63,741 bases of DNA, filler included, from Octopus bimaculoides (GCF_001194135.2; 8 parts of 7 records of this genome joined end to end with filler, not necessarily neighbours in it); one strand, 5' to 3'; shown: positions 14,508 through 26,773, counted from the first letter of the whole stretch. Translations and numbers: made by a program. Notes: generated by a model not told the origin, from the letters alone.

Positions 14508-14594
14508 TGCATTACGGCCGTTTCAAGCAGCTCCATTTAATCGATCAATGCAAGTATTACATCAATTTGAAATAAACCACTCTCCTCGGAAGCA
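14508..14594 (-). ncRNA. Type I hammerhead-ribozyme-like motif, copy 2 (core U4C)
   Basis: Minus strand: TGCTT-CCGAGGA-[58-nt stem II]-GAA-ACGGCCGT-A-ATGCA; homologous to 55801-55888. Confidence 0.6.
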
Positions 14595-15197
14595 TAAGAC
14601 CATATAGGTTTTTAACATACAGGATACTCCATTATAATTTTTTAGCAAATTTTTCATCAGAACTAGAGAATAAAAGAATTACAATGCTTACTGCTGTTAT
14701 TATAGCAGAGCAAACCTAGAGAGAAAATATTTAAAGCCAACTATAATTTAGTGTGGCAAGAGAAAATAACGATGGGGGTCAAGAAAGAATAGTGGGGATA
14801 TAGGTACATCCATCTTTATCCTTATCACAATCAAAAGATCCAATGCAGTAAGTATTCTGCATCCCCTTAGAACCATAATCATTGGGAATTGACAGTTAAG
14901 TTCTTGTTGTTAGTGGTCAATTAATTAATGTCAGATACTCTTCCCTATCCTTATTTTAGTTTGACTATAAATTCACCATGTCTTCATAAAAGAAAATGAC
15001 TCAGAAGATGCTAGCAAGATAATGGTATATGGGTGATAACCATAAAGAGGATGGGCAGGGGTGACTTAAACTATATTATGATTATCAATTAAAAGGAGCT
15101 TAAAGCAGAAAACAAAGGAGGTCACAATGAGATCTAAGGGGACATATGTACACACATACATACACATGCACGCACGCACACGCACACACGCATATAT

Positions 15198-15332
15198 AAT
15201 TGTCACTAAATGTGATTAAGATGTTAGGAAAAACCTACATTGCTAGAAATAAGAGCTAAATAGCTCTAATTCTGTAGAGCTATTTAGCAATGTAGGTGTT
15301 TTCTAACACCCTAGTCACATTTAGTAACAATT
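15198..15332. mobile_element. About 135-bp palindromic MITE-like element
   Basis: Arms of about 47 bp are near reverse complements (aattgtcactaaatgtga...cctacattgct), with an inner gctaaatagctcta/tagagctatttagc stem. Confidence 0.75.
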
Positions 15333-15400
15333 CAAATTCTCCTTTTTGGTGAAACATTGCAAACTGCTGTTTATATAAAATGATATAAAAAGACAAACTC

Positions 15401-15932
15401 CATCATCGCCTATGGAATGAAAGGGGCATCAAACTTGACACCAAAGTACAGGTCTATAAAGCAATCATTCTTACTATTCTCTTGCATGGCTCAGAATCAT
15501 GGATACCCGATACACAACACATTAGCCAACTAGACATCTTCCACAAAGTCTACCTGAGGACAATCTGCGGTTATTCACTTAAAGACAAAGTTTCTAATGC
15601 CGACTTGTTTAGCAAGTGTAAGATTGGTGGAATTGAGAGCTTCCTTATCCAATCACAATTGCGCTGGGCTGGCCATGTCGTCAGAATGAGTGACGAAAGA
15701 ATACCTAAAGTCCTCATATCCAGCTAGCTTGAGAGTGGACACAGAAATTTTGAAGGACAAGCTGAATATTAACCTCTTAGTGATGAAGGTAACTCACAAC
15801 ATACAACAACTTTGAGCGAACAGCCTTGGAACGAAAAAAATGGAGATTGTTGTGTCAAAATGGCATTAAAAACTTTGTTGCAGGTCTACTTTGCAAATCG
15901 TTGGCGGGACTTCAATGTCACATTCGCTATAA
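15401..15932 (+). mobile_element. RTE/BovB-clade LINE, RT C-terminal fragment
   Basis: HRLWNERGIKLDTKVQVYKAIILTILLHGSESW...QLRWAGHVVRMSDERIPK is the typical RTE thumb region. Confidence 0.93.
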
Positions 15933-16032
15933 NNNNNNNNNNNNNNNNNNNNNNNNNNNNNNNNNNNNNNNNNNNNTTAATTAATTAANNNNNNNNNNNN
16001 NNNNNNNNNNNNNNNNNNNNNNNNNNNNNNNN
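15933..16032. other. Assembly join marker 44N-TTAATTAATTAA-44N (also 22218-22317, 29248-29347, 31864-31963, 52773-52872, 58798-58897, 62209-62308)
   Basis: Identical 100-bp construct seven times; the linker has stops in all six frames. Confidence 0.95.
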
Positions 16033-16146
16033 AAGAAGAAGAAGAAGAAGAAGAAGAAGAAGAAGAAGAAGAAGAAGAAGAAGAAGAAGAAGAAGAAGAA
16101 GAAGAAGAAGAAGAAGAAGAAGAAGAAGAAGAAGAAGAAGAAGAAG
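16033..16146. repeat. (AAG)n
   Basis: Read directly. Confidence 0.98.
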
Positions 16147-17029
16147 ACTTTCATTGGGTGCAAACAAATCCTACGTAAAATATTTGATCGCTTTTTCTCT
16201 TTTTAGTAACTGTTGTTTTCAATGAGAGCCAGGTAGCCATGAATGTGCGGACTTATGATCAAGTGCTTGCTAATCATGGCCACCACATCCTTTATATCTG
16301 AACCCAAAACTTTAGTCTGCTATATGTAACCTGTCGTTTCATCAGGTAGAGACTCCCTCGCTTGTTCGTGCAATTATAAACATGTAGGTGGAGTTAATAG
16401 TCTATGGATGAAACCTTCAACATTTTAACAAAAACGAGCCATTGTATTGTAACTCAAAGATATTCTGAATGGTTAGTATTGACGTATCAGTCAGTTTGTT
16501 GATCTGTCTTTCAAGCCACACAAAAACACTCTATGAAACATAACCACCAACAACATCACACAGCAGCGCACAAATACCACCACCACCATTAATTCCAACA
16601 ACAGCAACACCACCACCAAAACCGCCACCGCCAACATCAACACCAAAACCACAACCTCCACCACCACATAATCGACAACAACAGTATTAACCTCAACAAC
16701 ACCAATACCACAACCACTAGCCTTACAAGCCATCGATCGATAAATGACGAAGAAATAAGCAGTTAACATACACGATAATAACACAATGCATAATTCTACT
16801 GCTGCCAAAACATATATTATATGATGTCGTCTGCAGAAATAATTTGTGTATTTATATATCTGTCACAGACTTCGGTTTACTGCTGTTTTTGTGTACACAT
16901 GAGTTGTTGGTCTTATTAATTCATGCTAGTTTTTAAGGTGCTTGAATAAACGAATCTTAACTAGTACGAAAAATAGTGTTAAGATGTTGCACCTAATAGC
17001 CATAGTGAAAAACCAATATTTACTTTATT

Positions 17030-17142
17030 TTGCAATCGATCAGATCATATAAGCCCTTTAAAGTTACTTGTTGCAATCGATTTCATAACATAAGCCCTTT
17101 TATGTTACATGCTACAATCGATCTCATAATGTAAGCCCTTGT
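17030..17142. repeat. 41-bp minisatellite, about 2.8 copies
   Basis: Units start at 17030, 17071 and 17112: ttgcaatcgat...taagcccttt...gttac.tg. Confidence 0.85.
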
Positions 17143-18575
17143 AAATCAATGCGTTTAAGCTGCATACTATATAGCTAATGCATTAAAAACGCACAGCTTC
17201 TGTAAATGAGTAGATCCAGTATTGTACGAATATGCCTACTTATAGATGTATAAGTTCACGGGTATAGTATTGATTTTAGAGGACATATGAGTAACTGTCT
17301 TAGTTACTATAATAATATGCATAATATCGAGGGACTATTTAAAAGTTACATATACAAAAATACATATATGCATGCATTCATGAATACATACATACATACA
17401 TACATACATACATACATACATACAAGCATACACAGGCATGGACATACACATATACGTATCTATATGTCATACTTATGAAAACACTGCGTTAGACACTTTA
17501 AACCAGTATTCTTGAAGCGATAAAATCGCTTATGGACATTATATTTTTTAAAAATGCAGTATACCTCGAAAGTTTACAGAAATAGTCTCAACATCGGCTT
17601 ACGAGGGTGTCAGATGCATTTCGGCCTCGATGAGCTTGATATTTATATTCAATAAACAAAGGGTTGAAATGTGAGCTACCATAAGTTTCGTGTGCAATGA
17701 CTAGAGTAAGCTGACAAGCTTGTATAGCTGGCGTGTACTATCCTGCAGTCGATAAAGCTCATGTAACTATGGCTGTTCTCTGAGAGATGGTGAAGAAAAA
17801 AATTGAGATAAATAAGGAAAGAAAAATGGGAAAAGGAAAGCTTGGATGAAAAGGGAGATAAAGTTGTGTCACTTTCGTCCGTTAGAAGGGGATACTAATA
17901 AAGTTTATTAATGAATTAACGATGCATGGTAGGGTAATCAACTGGAGAAAGGCTATAGTTTGTAAAACAGTATCCTTAATCTGGAGAGGGTGTTATTCTT
18001 CAGTTAAATAGCAGAAATTTGTCGACTTGCATCCTGTGAAAATTTCCGATCTCGAGTGCAGTCGCTCTATAGAATTCTTAGATTCAAAACGTATATAAGT
18101 TCTTTCAGCTACAAAACGCCTGCTGCTTTATGAGCCGTTATTGCTCCACTCTGTGAAGCTCCATTCTGTGAAGCTCCACTCGATGGTCTCTATGTGTGGT
18201 GACCACACTTGTTCCGAGATGGACATTCAGTAGATGAATGAACTGAATAAAATGCTCCTGAATGGAGATATGAGTAACTGACAATTGCGCGCTTAACAGA
18301 ATTTTCGGGCAGAATTACTGTGACGTATTTTTATGACAAGGTCGTAACATTTCAATTAGTGAAACAATCCACCGGATGGGCCTCTAGACAATTTCCGGCA
18401 ACCCAATTTGAATCACATGCTATGGGTCAACTCGAGGATCTAGAGAATGGCCGCTGTACAAGAGATTGATCTTGGACCTCGTGGTTGCAAAGTGAACACC
18501 TTAGTCATTTCTCCATACAGAACTTACCGTTCCACATATACAAGCATCGAAAATTTATGGCTATATGCATGCATG

Positions 18576-18648
<73 letters not shown>

Positions 18649-18790
18649 TTCGTTGGCAGTTAGCTTTCTCTTGAATAAGCCATCAGACGAAACTTAAAAG
18701 CCGTTTTAACACGACGCTTTCAATATAGGATGTAATAGCCGCTGGTTTTATTCCTCATATATATACATACATGCATACATTCATACACAC

Positions 18791-18871
<81 letters not shown>

Positions 18872-18943
18872 TACACACATATATATANNNNNNNNNNATA
18901 TATATATATATATATACATACATATATATATATACACATATAC

Positions 18944-18991
<48 letters not shown>

Positions 18992-19366
18992 GTGTGAAAT
19001 AAAACCAGCGTCTTTATATGTGTGTATGTGTGTGTATGCTTGCGCGTGTGTGTGTATGTATGTAGTACGTATGTGTGTATAATGTTGGTAGTGTAAAATC
19101 GAAGCTGCATAATCTTGAAGCACATATGGTTGTTCTAGTATTAAAATCAAGTGTATAGTAGCTGTCGTTGTTGAATATAAGTTGAAAATTTGTTAATATT
19201 AAAGTTGAAAATTTTGGAAATGTCATTTGCAGACTTACGTAACGAATCAAGAAGTTGGAAAGTATTTAGTGCTATTTATTCGTCATTACATACTTTTCAT
19301 TTGCTACAAAGAATCACAAATTTGGAATGAACATGTTGGAAATTTTCTATGAGAAATTCTTTAGAC

Positions 19367-19698
19367 CAGGTTTTCTCATTTTCTCAACCATTTTTAAAAT
19401 CTATGATTACTATCATATTCTAGTAGACCCCCTTAGTCAATCGATGCTTAAGAGCTAGTTTTCCAGAAACTTTTTTCAAAATTCCTATTTTGTTTTTCAC
19501 ACGTTAACTTGTGTAGATTGAACTACGGAAAACGTTATAGAAAAAAACCTAGCTACCGATACATACGTCTAAAGCAAAATTACTTTGGGGGCCTTTGAAA
19601 TACTATTGTGGATGCTCAATTTACTATTTTGTTGCGTGGACCCCATAAAATTTTATATGGACCCTGAGGGGCATACGAACGCCGGTTGAGAAACACTG
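19367..19698. mobile_element. hAT (Charlie-like) MITE
   Basis: Ends CAGGTTTTCTCA...GGTTGAGAAACACTG, flanked by an 8-bp TSD ctttagac (19359-19366) / ctttaggc (19699-19706). Confidence 0.8.
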
Positions 19699-19828
19699 CT
19701 TTAGGCAGAGAATCAAATAATAACGTAATTCACATTTGTATTAAGCGCATATATATAGTTTGTAATGTATAGATAGTTAGGGCAAAGAATAAAGACCAAT
19801 TCAAGTAATAAAGAAAAAGAAGAGAGCA

Positions 19829-19859
<31 letters not shown>

Positions 19860-19917
19860 GAGAGAGAGACAGAGAGAGAGATAGAGTTAATTATTTCAAT
19901 TCTCCGACTTTCTATTT

Positions 19918-20750
19918 TGTGGTATGATCAATAAGTATCCGGACTGTTACTATAGTAACGAAGCTGAAGCACGAAGAATAAAGCCGCTTTGCACAGATTG
20001 ACCTTGAGCTCTGTTGTGCATATTCACTAAGCTTTTGCGTTCTATCTCACTTCCGCTGTTTACAGCAGTGCTTGGAAGGAACGTGTGTAGCATGTGATCG
20101 TTACATTGATAATAGCAGAGAAAGTTGAGAGGAGAATCTTCATCAAATTTTGCCAAAAGCTTGACGATGCCTGCCCAGAGGCCTACGCAAATTTTCATCG
20201 TCCTGGAGTGACATCTTGGTCAGCTGAAAGCAGTTTTGGCACAAACTTAGCAGACACGTATCTTATACCCAAATCTTCAGTGATAATAGACTGAACTGAA
20301 CTGTATCTAATCTGATAACTCACGGATGGGGATTCGACGATTTCTCCTCACGGCTACATGCATATCTGCAATATTTTTCTCAGTTCTGCCAGTTGCGCGT
20401 CTCTCAGAACGTTCATCAATATCGACACATTTGCGGTTATCTTGGAAACGTCCGAGCCACTCGTACACTTGTAAGTGACTAATACATTCCTCTCCATACA
20501 CTTTCTGCAACTTTCCGTCGGCCGAGGCATCGCAATGACAACGTTTTCTGTCATGGTCAATGTGACGATTACATGCTACACGCATTCATTCCAAGCACTT
20601 CTGTAAACAGCGGAAGTGAGCTAGAACGTTAAAATTTAGTGCGCATGCACATCAGAGCTAACGGTCAGTCTTTGCCAAGCGGCTTTACTCTGCGTGCTTT
20701 AGTTTCGTCACTATGGCAACAGTCCTGATACTTATGGATCAGACCCCGTA
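19918..20750. mobile_element. Fold-back non-autonomous mariner element, copy 1
   Basis: Two inverted mariner 5' ends. Left arm ..EKVERRIFIKFCQKL (+); right arm MTE...LQKVYGEEC..VYEW.GRFQD...RRVSAKFVPKLL (-). About 200-bp inverted repeats ending ccccgTA. Confidence 0.88.
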
Positions 20751-20879
20751 TTATGTATGTATGTATGTATGTATGTATGTATGTATGTATGTATGTATTT
20801 ATGTATGTATTTATGTATGATGTATATATAAAAGCAACTCTTTGAGAAACATTCTTTCTCTGATAACCTTAGATCCGTG

Positions 20880-21640
20880 TCTTTTGGAGTCGTACGACTT
20901 TACTGCAATGTATCATTAGACGAAAGGATGAGAATGTATCGGCAGAAGACCATGTTAGTAGAAACCTTTGAGATGATAGTAACATTTATCATCAAAGTAG
21001 TCTATGATGGGCCACCAAACGGATTACTACTCCCCGTTTGCAGTCGAGGAACAGATAATGTCAACTAAATACTTGATGCACAAAAGGGACAGAGATGCAA
21101 GAAAAGCAGCAATCTATGTGGAGTTAAAACTGAAGATATAACTCACAATGTAAGCAGTTGTCCGAAAATTTCATCACGTTATTTATCTACCAATGAGACA
21201 CGTTGCAGCTAAGAAACTGTATAACGAGATCCGTCCGAAGAATAATCCCGAGGATAAAGAAATAAGAACCCACTCTCTGCTGGAAGCCATAGCCACACAT
21301 AATAAAAAAAGATTACTGGTGGAATGTTCCAGTGAAAACCTCAATAAAATGTAAACATAATAAACCTGACATAATGATTTGAGATAAAAAAAGAGAAACT
21401 GCGTACAATTAAGCTGCCCAGCGGATGTTAACATAATGCTAAAGAGCAGCGAAAAAGAAAATACCTACGCTGAACTATAGAGACATTTGCAGTTATTCTA
21501 TCTAGATTACAAGTCCAGGTTCATATCTATAATCATTGGGCTACTGGGATATATGTGACACACTGCCTAAATAAGAATCTAGAGAAATGAGGCCTCTGAA
21601 AACTAGAAAGCAGAAAGCTAATTCTATGACTACCGATCTA
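20880..21640 (+). mobile_element. R4/Dong-like retrotransposon 3' fragment (CCHC + restriction-like endonuclease)
   Basis: LCGVKTEDITHNVSSCPKISSR; KPDIMI.DKKEK (PD-(D/E)xK type); FISIIIG. Frameshifted. Confidence 0.85.
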
Positions 21641-21991
21641 ATCCATCACTGCAACTGTAAAAATCTGTAAAACTTTCCAGAAGTCTATCATTTAAATATA
21701 TATGAGTATGTCTAGATATGCAAGTATATACATGACAATATATAAATAAAACATACAAATCTGCACATACATATATACGTACATACATACATGAATACAT
21801 ACATACATGAATGCATACATACATATATGCATACATACATACATACATACATACATACAAAATTATCCTGTTGATGTTGAAATTCCAATGGAGGAGCTTT
21901 GGATCTAGGCTAGAAATCGGCTCTCTCCACTTATCAGGACGAAATCTTAACATAAAACTGTATAATGACATGCTTATATACAAACATATTT

Positions 21992-22047
<56 letters not shown>

Positions 22048-22317
22048 GCATATACGTATGTGTGTGTTTGTGGAGGTACGTAGCTTAGAGATTAGTGTGA
22101 TGTGTTGCACGGCGGGGGATATATAGGCCACAGAATCCGATAAACCAGCTTTATGAGTCTGTGATTCGGAAGAATCTTTGATCGTCTTTAATACAAGCAC
22201 ACGGATATATAGCCTGTNNNNNNNNNNNNNNNNNNNNNNNNNNNNNNNNNNNNNNNNNNNNTTAATTAATTAANNNNNNNNNNNNNNNNNNNNNNNNNNN
22301 NNNNNNNNNNNNNNNNN

Positions 22318-22575
22318 CCTGGACTGGCTCTTGTGCGGGTGGCACATAAAAGACACCATTTCGAGCGTGGCCGTTTTCGTGCGGTTGACACGTAAAAGCA
22401 CCCACTACACTCTCTGAGTGGTTGGCGTTAGGAAGGGCATCCAGCTGTAGAAACTCTGCCAAATTAGATTGGAGCCTGGTGTTGCCATCCGGTTTCACCA
22501 GTCCTCAGTCCAATCGTCCAACCCATGCTAGCATGGAAGGCGGACGTTAAACGATGATGATGATGATGATGATGT
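22318..22575 (+). mobile_element. SINE family C / RTE-type 3' end with (GAT)n tail
   Basis: GTGGTTGGCGTTAGGAAGGGCATCCAGCTGTAGAAAC...GCATGGAAGGCGGACGTTAAACGATGATG. Confidence 0.8.
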
Positions 22576-22860
22576 ATGTGTGCATGTTTGTGTGCATGTG
22601 TGTGTGTATGGATGTATGTATATATGTATGTGTGTGTGTATATATGTATGGCTGTGAATATATGTATGCATATATGTACGTATAGATGATTGATATACAT
22701 ATATATATATATGTGTGTGTGTGTATATCTGTGTGTGTGTGTGTGCATGTGTGTATGTATGCATGTATGTATGTGTGTGTGTATGTATATATATGTATGA
22801 GTGTGAATATATGTCTGTATATATGTATAGACAATCGATATACATATATATGTGTGTGTA

Positions 22861-22901
<41 letters not shown>

Positions 22902-23099
22902 ATATGACAGGCTTCTTTCAGTATCTGTCTACCAAATCCACTCACAAAGACAGACACTCATCCATAATGCCATGCAATGAGACTGAACTTGAGACCATGT
23001 AGTTGGGAAGCCAACTTCTTTACTGCACACCCATGCTTTCACCTACCACGTATCTATCTATATATCTATACCTTCTGTTTTTTTTCTTTCTAATTCCAG

Positions 23100-23291
23100 T
23101 ACAAGTATTTGGTCTTTATCACACTGTTTGCTGAAGTAATATTTTGTGTTATTCTTCTGATCTATATATACGTACCGACGTCAAGATACAACATTGAGTT
23201 TTTTCCAAAGGGATCTTTCTCATCAGATATGCAGAATTATGGTGATTTTGATGGATTTGCAAAGAACCGAGTTAATAGTCTACAGGAAACG
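23100..23291 (+). CDS. TspanC8-like tetraspanin, internal exon (TM3 + start of large extracellular loop)
   Basis: ttccag|TAC...ACG|gtaggc; 192 nt, phase 0/0. Encodes YKYLVFITLFAEVIFCVILLIYIYVPTSRYNIEFFPKGSFSSDMQNYGDFDGFAKNRVNSLQET: a hydrophobic helix with the TM3 Glu, ending at the boundary expected just before the CCG exon. Confidence 0.85.
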
Positions 23292-23479
23292 GTAGGCGAT
23301 GATTTCTCTTTTAACTCTAGATTTGAAAACTGAGTGCTTTAGTAATCTTCAAGAATTTGTAAGAAACAAGTCATAGAATGTTACATGTGTGTGTGTGTGT
23401 GTGAAAGCTAATCATTTCTTGAATTCCAAACACCTTATTACTATTTCCTGTTGTTGTTGTTTAGCTTCTAGTCAACCCA

Positions 23480-23755
23480 TCCTTGACCGTTACCTCTTAT
23501 TTAAAAAAAAATGGATAAAACTCCTTCCTGGGTCATACACACTCATAGAACCCGTTTCCTGGTTTCTCTGGAAAATATATTCCTTTCTGGATAGGATGCT
23601 AGTCCCTCACAGGATTAACTCATTTCTGCCAACTGTGAAGACAGGAGCAATGTGAAATGAAATGTTTTGCTCAAGAACACAACAAATTGCCCAGTCCTGG
23701 AATTGAAACCACAATCTTATGATCATGAGTGCAACACCCTAAGCTGTAGACCATG
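23480..23755 (-). mobile_element. tRNA/CORE-type SINE
   Basis: Reverse complement of GTGTTCTTGAGCAAAACA (CORE-like) and a tRNA-like head. Confidence 0.7.
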
Positions 23756-24349
23756 CTCTCTCTCTCTCTCTCTCTTAGTTTTCCATGCTAGCATATACAA
23801 AGAATGGTATGTGTCACTTGTTTCTGAAGAAGAAATATTTAACCAGGACTGGTTTCAGCCACCTTAAGTGGTGTTTGCACACACCAAGTGGTTTCTCTCA
23901 CTCAGGGAGCCCCTGGGTTTAAAGAAAGGCAGCATTAATAAGTATGAGAGAGAGATGATTGATTTGCAGGGATTATGAAGTATTATGAAGGGAGTCAGCA
24001 ATGCTTTCAGTAGGGAGTCTTGTATTCTCAGCCAAAAACTTTGGAACCAAGCATGAATGCTACCCAATATTTTATTTTACATATCTTCTCTTAAGTTATA
24101 GACAAACATTCAGATGAGTTTGAAATATGGTTGTGACATATTTGACTTGTACAAAGGCCATATTCATTGCTAATTTGTCATGCAGTATGATAAATGCATT
24201 TCTTGCTGGTGATATTCACAAAATATTGTTGAGAATAAACAATAAAGAAATGGATGTTACCAAAGCGACCTCAAGGTTGTCTGTCTTGTAGTACACAGTG
24301 CTGATGATTGCCAAGGAATGAGAAATGCATTCACCATTCAGGAGAGAGA

Positions 24350-24429
<80 letters not shown>

Positions 24430-24783
24430 ACCTTTAAGTGACTGTTGATGATTTTTCAACACCTATCACCTAAAAGCAAGAAAGGTTGTCCATGGCAAAC
24501 CAGCAGTGAATGCAGTCTTTGTACAGGTGAAATGTGTTCCATACATATTGGAACTCATCTAAAATGTCGGTTTATTCCCAATACTGTTTTTGTGCAGCTA
24601 TTATGATATTCTATGAAGCAATGTCAGACATACCTTCTATTTACTCATAACTGTTTGTGATCCATTCTGTGATCCAAACTGATAAATAAAGACAAGTTAC
24701 TAGGAGAACAGGAACACACACACATATATAATGAAAGAAACAAATAAGTACTAGAAAAAATAATCATCTCCTCTCTTCAACAG

Positions 24784-24921
24784 TTTCATTGTTGTGGATT
24801 ATCGGATAATGACGAAGCATACATGGATTGGAGGACATCAGAACAGTTCAAATGTGATAATTCCAAATCTTGGAATAACTTGGCTTGCACTGTACCAAGC
24901 TCTTGCTGCCGTCTCACCAAG
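24784..24921 (+). CDS. TspanC8-like tetraspanin, CCG exon
   Basis: ttcaacag|TTT...AAG|gtttgt; 138 nt. Encodes FHCCGLSDNDEAYMDWRTSEQFKCDNSKSWNNLACTVPSSCCRLTK, with CCG, DW, C, C-x-VP-x-SCC as in TspanC8 proteins. Confidence 0.95.
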
Positions 24922-25406
24922 GTTTGTACAATAAAAAATGTTTCTTGGAATTGGTTGAAATTAATGAAAAAAACAAATCTACTTTATGTATTGCTTATTT
25001 TTTCCTTTTATTCGTACCACCAAACACACAAGCTTAGAAAAGAGGCAGTACCCAGCTGTTTCAATTAATTTTGAAAATAATGAAGAATTTGATAAGATAA
25101 CTTTGTGGTTATTTAACTGATATTTGGAACAAATTAACATGAAACTTTGGTAGAAATTTATAATTTAAATCACATAAAAACAGGAAATTTGTATCATAGC
25201 ACCAGGAATGGTCTTGGAAAGTTTAGTGTGAAAAGGGTTAAATGGTGGCAGGGTTTCTGTAATTTTTGGGAAAGAGTTTTACAACAAAATATATTTGGGA
25301 ATCCCTGGTCAATAGAATACAAGATTTAACATAAAAATGTGATAAACTCATCTGATTCCTTCCTTTTCTTTTTTATTCCATGTTTATATTCTGGTGAAAT
25401 TAAAAG

Positions 25407-25451
25407 TTAAACAATGTTTCGTGTGTGGATGATGTTCTGAGAAAAAGACCT
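25407..25451 (+). CDS. TspanC8-like tetraspanin, short exon carrying the 7th loop cysteine
   Basis: aaag|TTA...CCT|gtaagt; 45 nt, phase 0/0, LNNVSCVDDVLRKRP. Resembles the short N-x-x-C...P exon of Tspan5-type genes. Donor is strong, acceptor is weak. Confidence 0.65.
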
Positions 25452-25479
25452 GTAAGTATTTTGTTTTTATCTCTCTTAT

Positions 25480-26574
25480 AATCATCATCATCACCATCAC
25501 CATCATAATCATCACCACCATCATCATCATTGTCATTTAGCATCTGTTTCATACTGGCATGGATTAGACAATTTGACTGGAACTGGTAAGCCAGAAAGCT
25601 GTACCAGGTTCCAGTTCTTGGTTTGGTTTCTATGGCTGGATGCCCTTCCTAATGCCAACCACTCCAAGAATACATTTTAGATATATTGCTCACTCTTGCT
25701 CTGTTTTCTCTTTCTTCTCTCTTTCTTCCTCACTCTGATTGCAACATGTTTTCCTTCTCAGCCCTTAACATCCATTTGGCTGGAGTTAGTCTCAGTTTCT
25801 GAGGCATTTAAGAAAATGTGAGCAAATGACTCACCACTAAATGGAATACCAATCTGCCGAATGGTGGAACCTTACCTCTAGCTCTTGCTGCTCATCATTT
25901 TCAAAATAGTGGCTAGCAGTAACATCACAAGAAATGTCTTGCTCAAGGATACAATGTGCCTCTTTGTGTAACACCCAAACCCACAGTATTACAGTTGTAA
26001 ACCCAGCACTGAAACCTCAATGGCATGCCACGCACATTCACTGTTTGTCAGCTGTTAATTACATCTGTATCCATAGCATTTAACCTTTTTGTTTTTAATG
26101 CTAGCATGGGTTGGATGGTTTTACAGAATCATCCAATAATCTACAGGCTGCATCATGCTCCTGTGTCTGCATTGGCTTGGTTTCTACGGCTGGATGCCCT
26201 TCCTAATGCCAACCACTTTACAGAGTGCTTTTTAAGTGCTGAGGACTGGTGAGCTGGATGGCTGCACCAGGCTCCAATCTGATCTGGTAGAGTTTCTACA
26301 GCTGGATGCCCTTCCTAATGCCAACCACTCCAAGAGCATAGTGGGTGCTTTTACATGCCACTGACACAAGGGCCAGTCAGGCAGTACTGGCAATGGCCAC
26401 ACTTAAATGGTATTTTTTATGAGCCACCTGCACGAGACAGTCCAGCGGCACTGGCAATGACCTCGCTCAAATATTGGTTTTCATGTGCCAGTAAGGCGAC
26501 GCTGGTAACGATCACGCTCGAATGGTGCTTTTTACATGTCACTGGCACAGGAGCCAGTCAGCGGCCCTGGCAAA

Positions 26575-26617
<43 letters not shown>

Positions 26618-26741
26618 GCATACATAAATTTATATATATATATATATATATGTATACACACACACACACACATACATATATTATTGGCATTATTCTGTTT
26701 GAGAATAAAATTATTTCCTTATCTGTATCTTTCAATAAATT

Positions 26742-26773
<32 letters not shown>

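Noticed and set aside
15977-15988. Recurrent TTAATTAATTAA motif
   Set aside because: Always centred in a 44N+44N block; an artificial scaffold linker, not biology.
17030-17142. CRISPR-like repeat-spacer reading
   Set aside because: The variable parts are homologous, there are only three units, no cas genes, and the context is eukaryotic.
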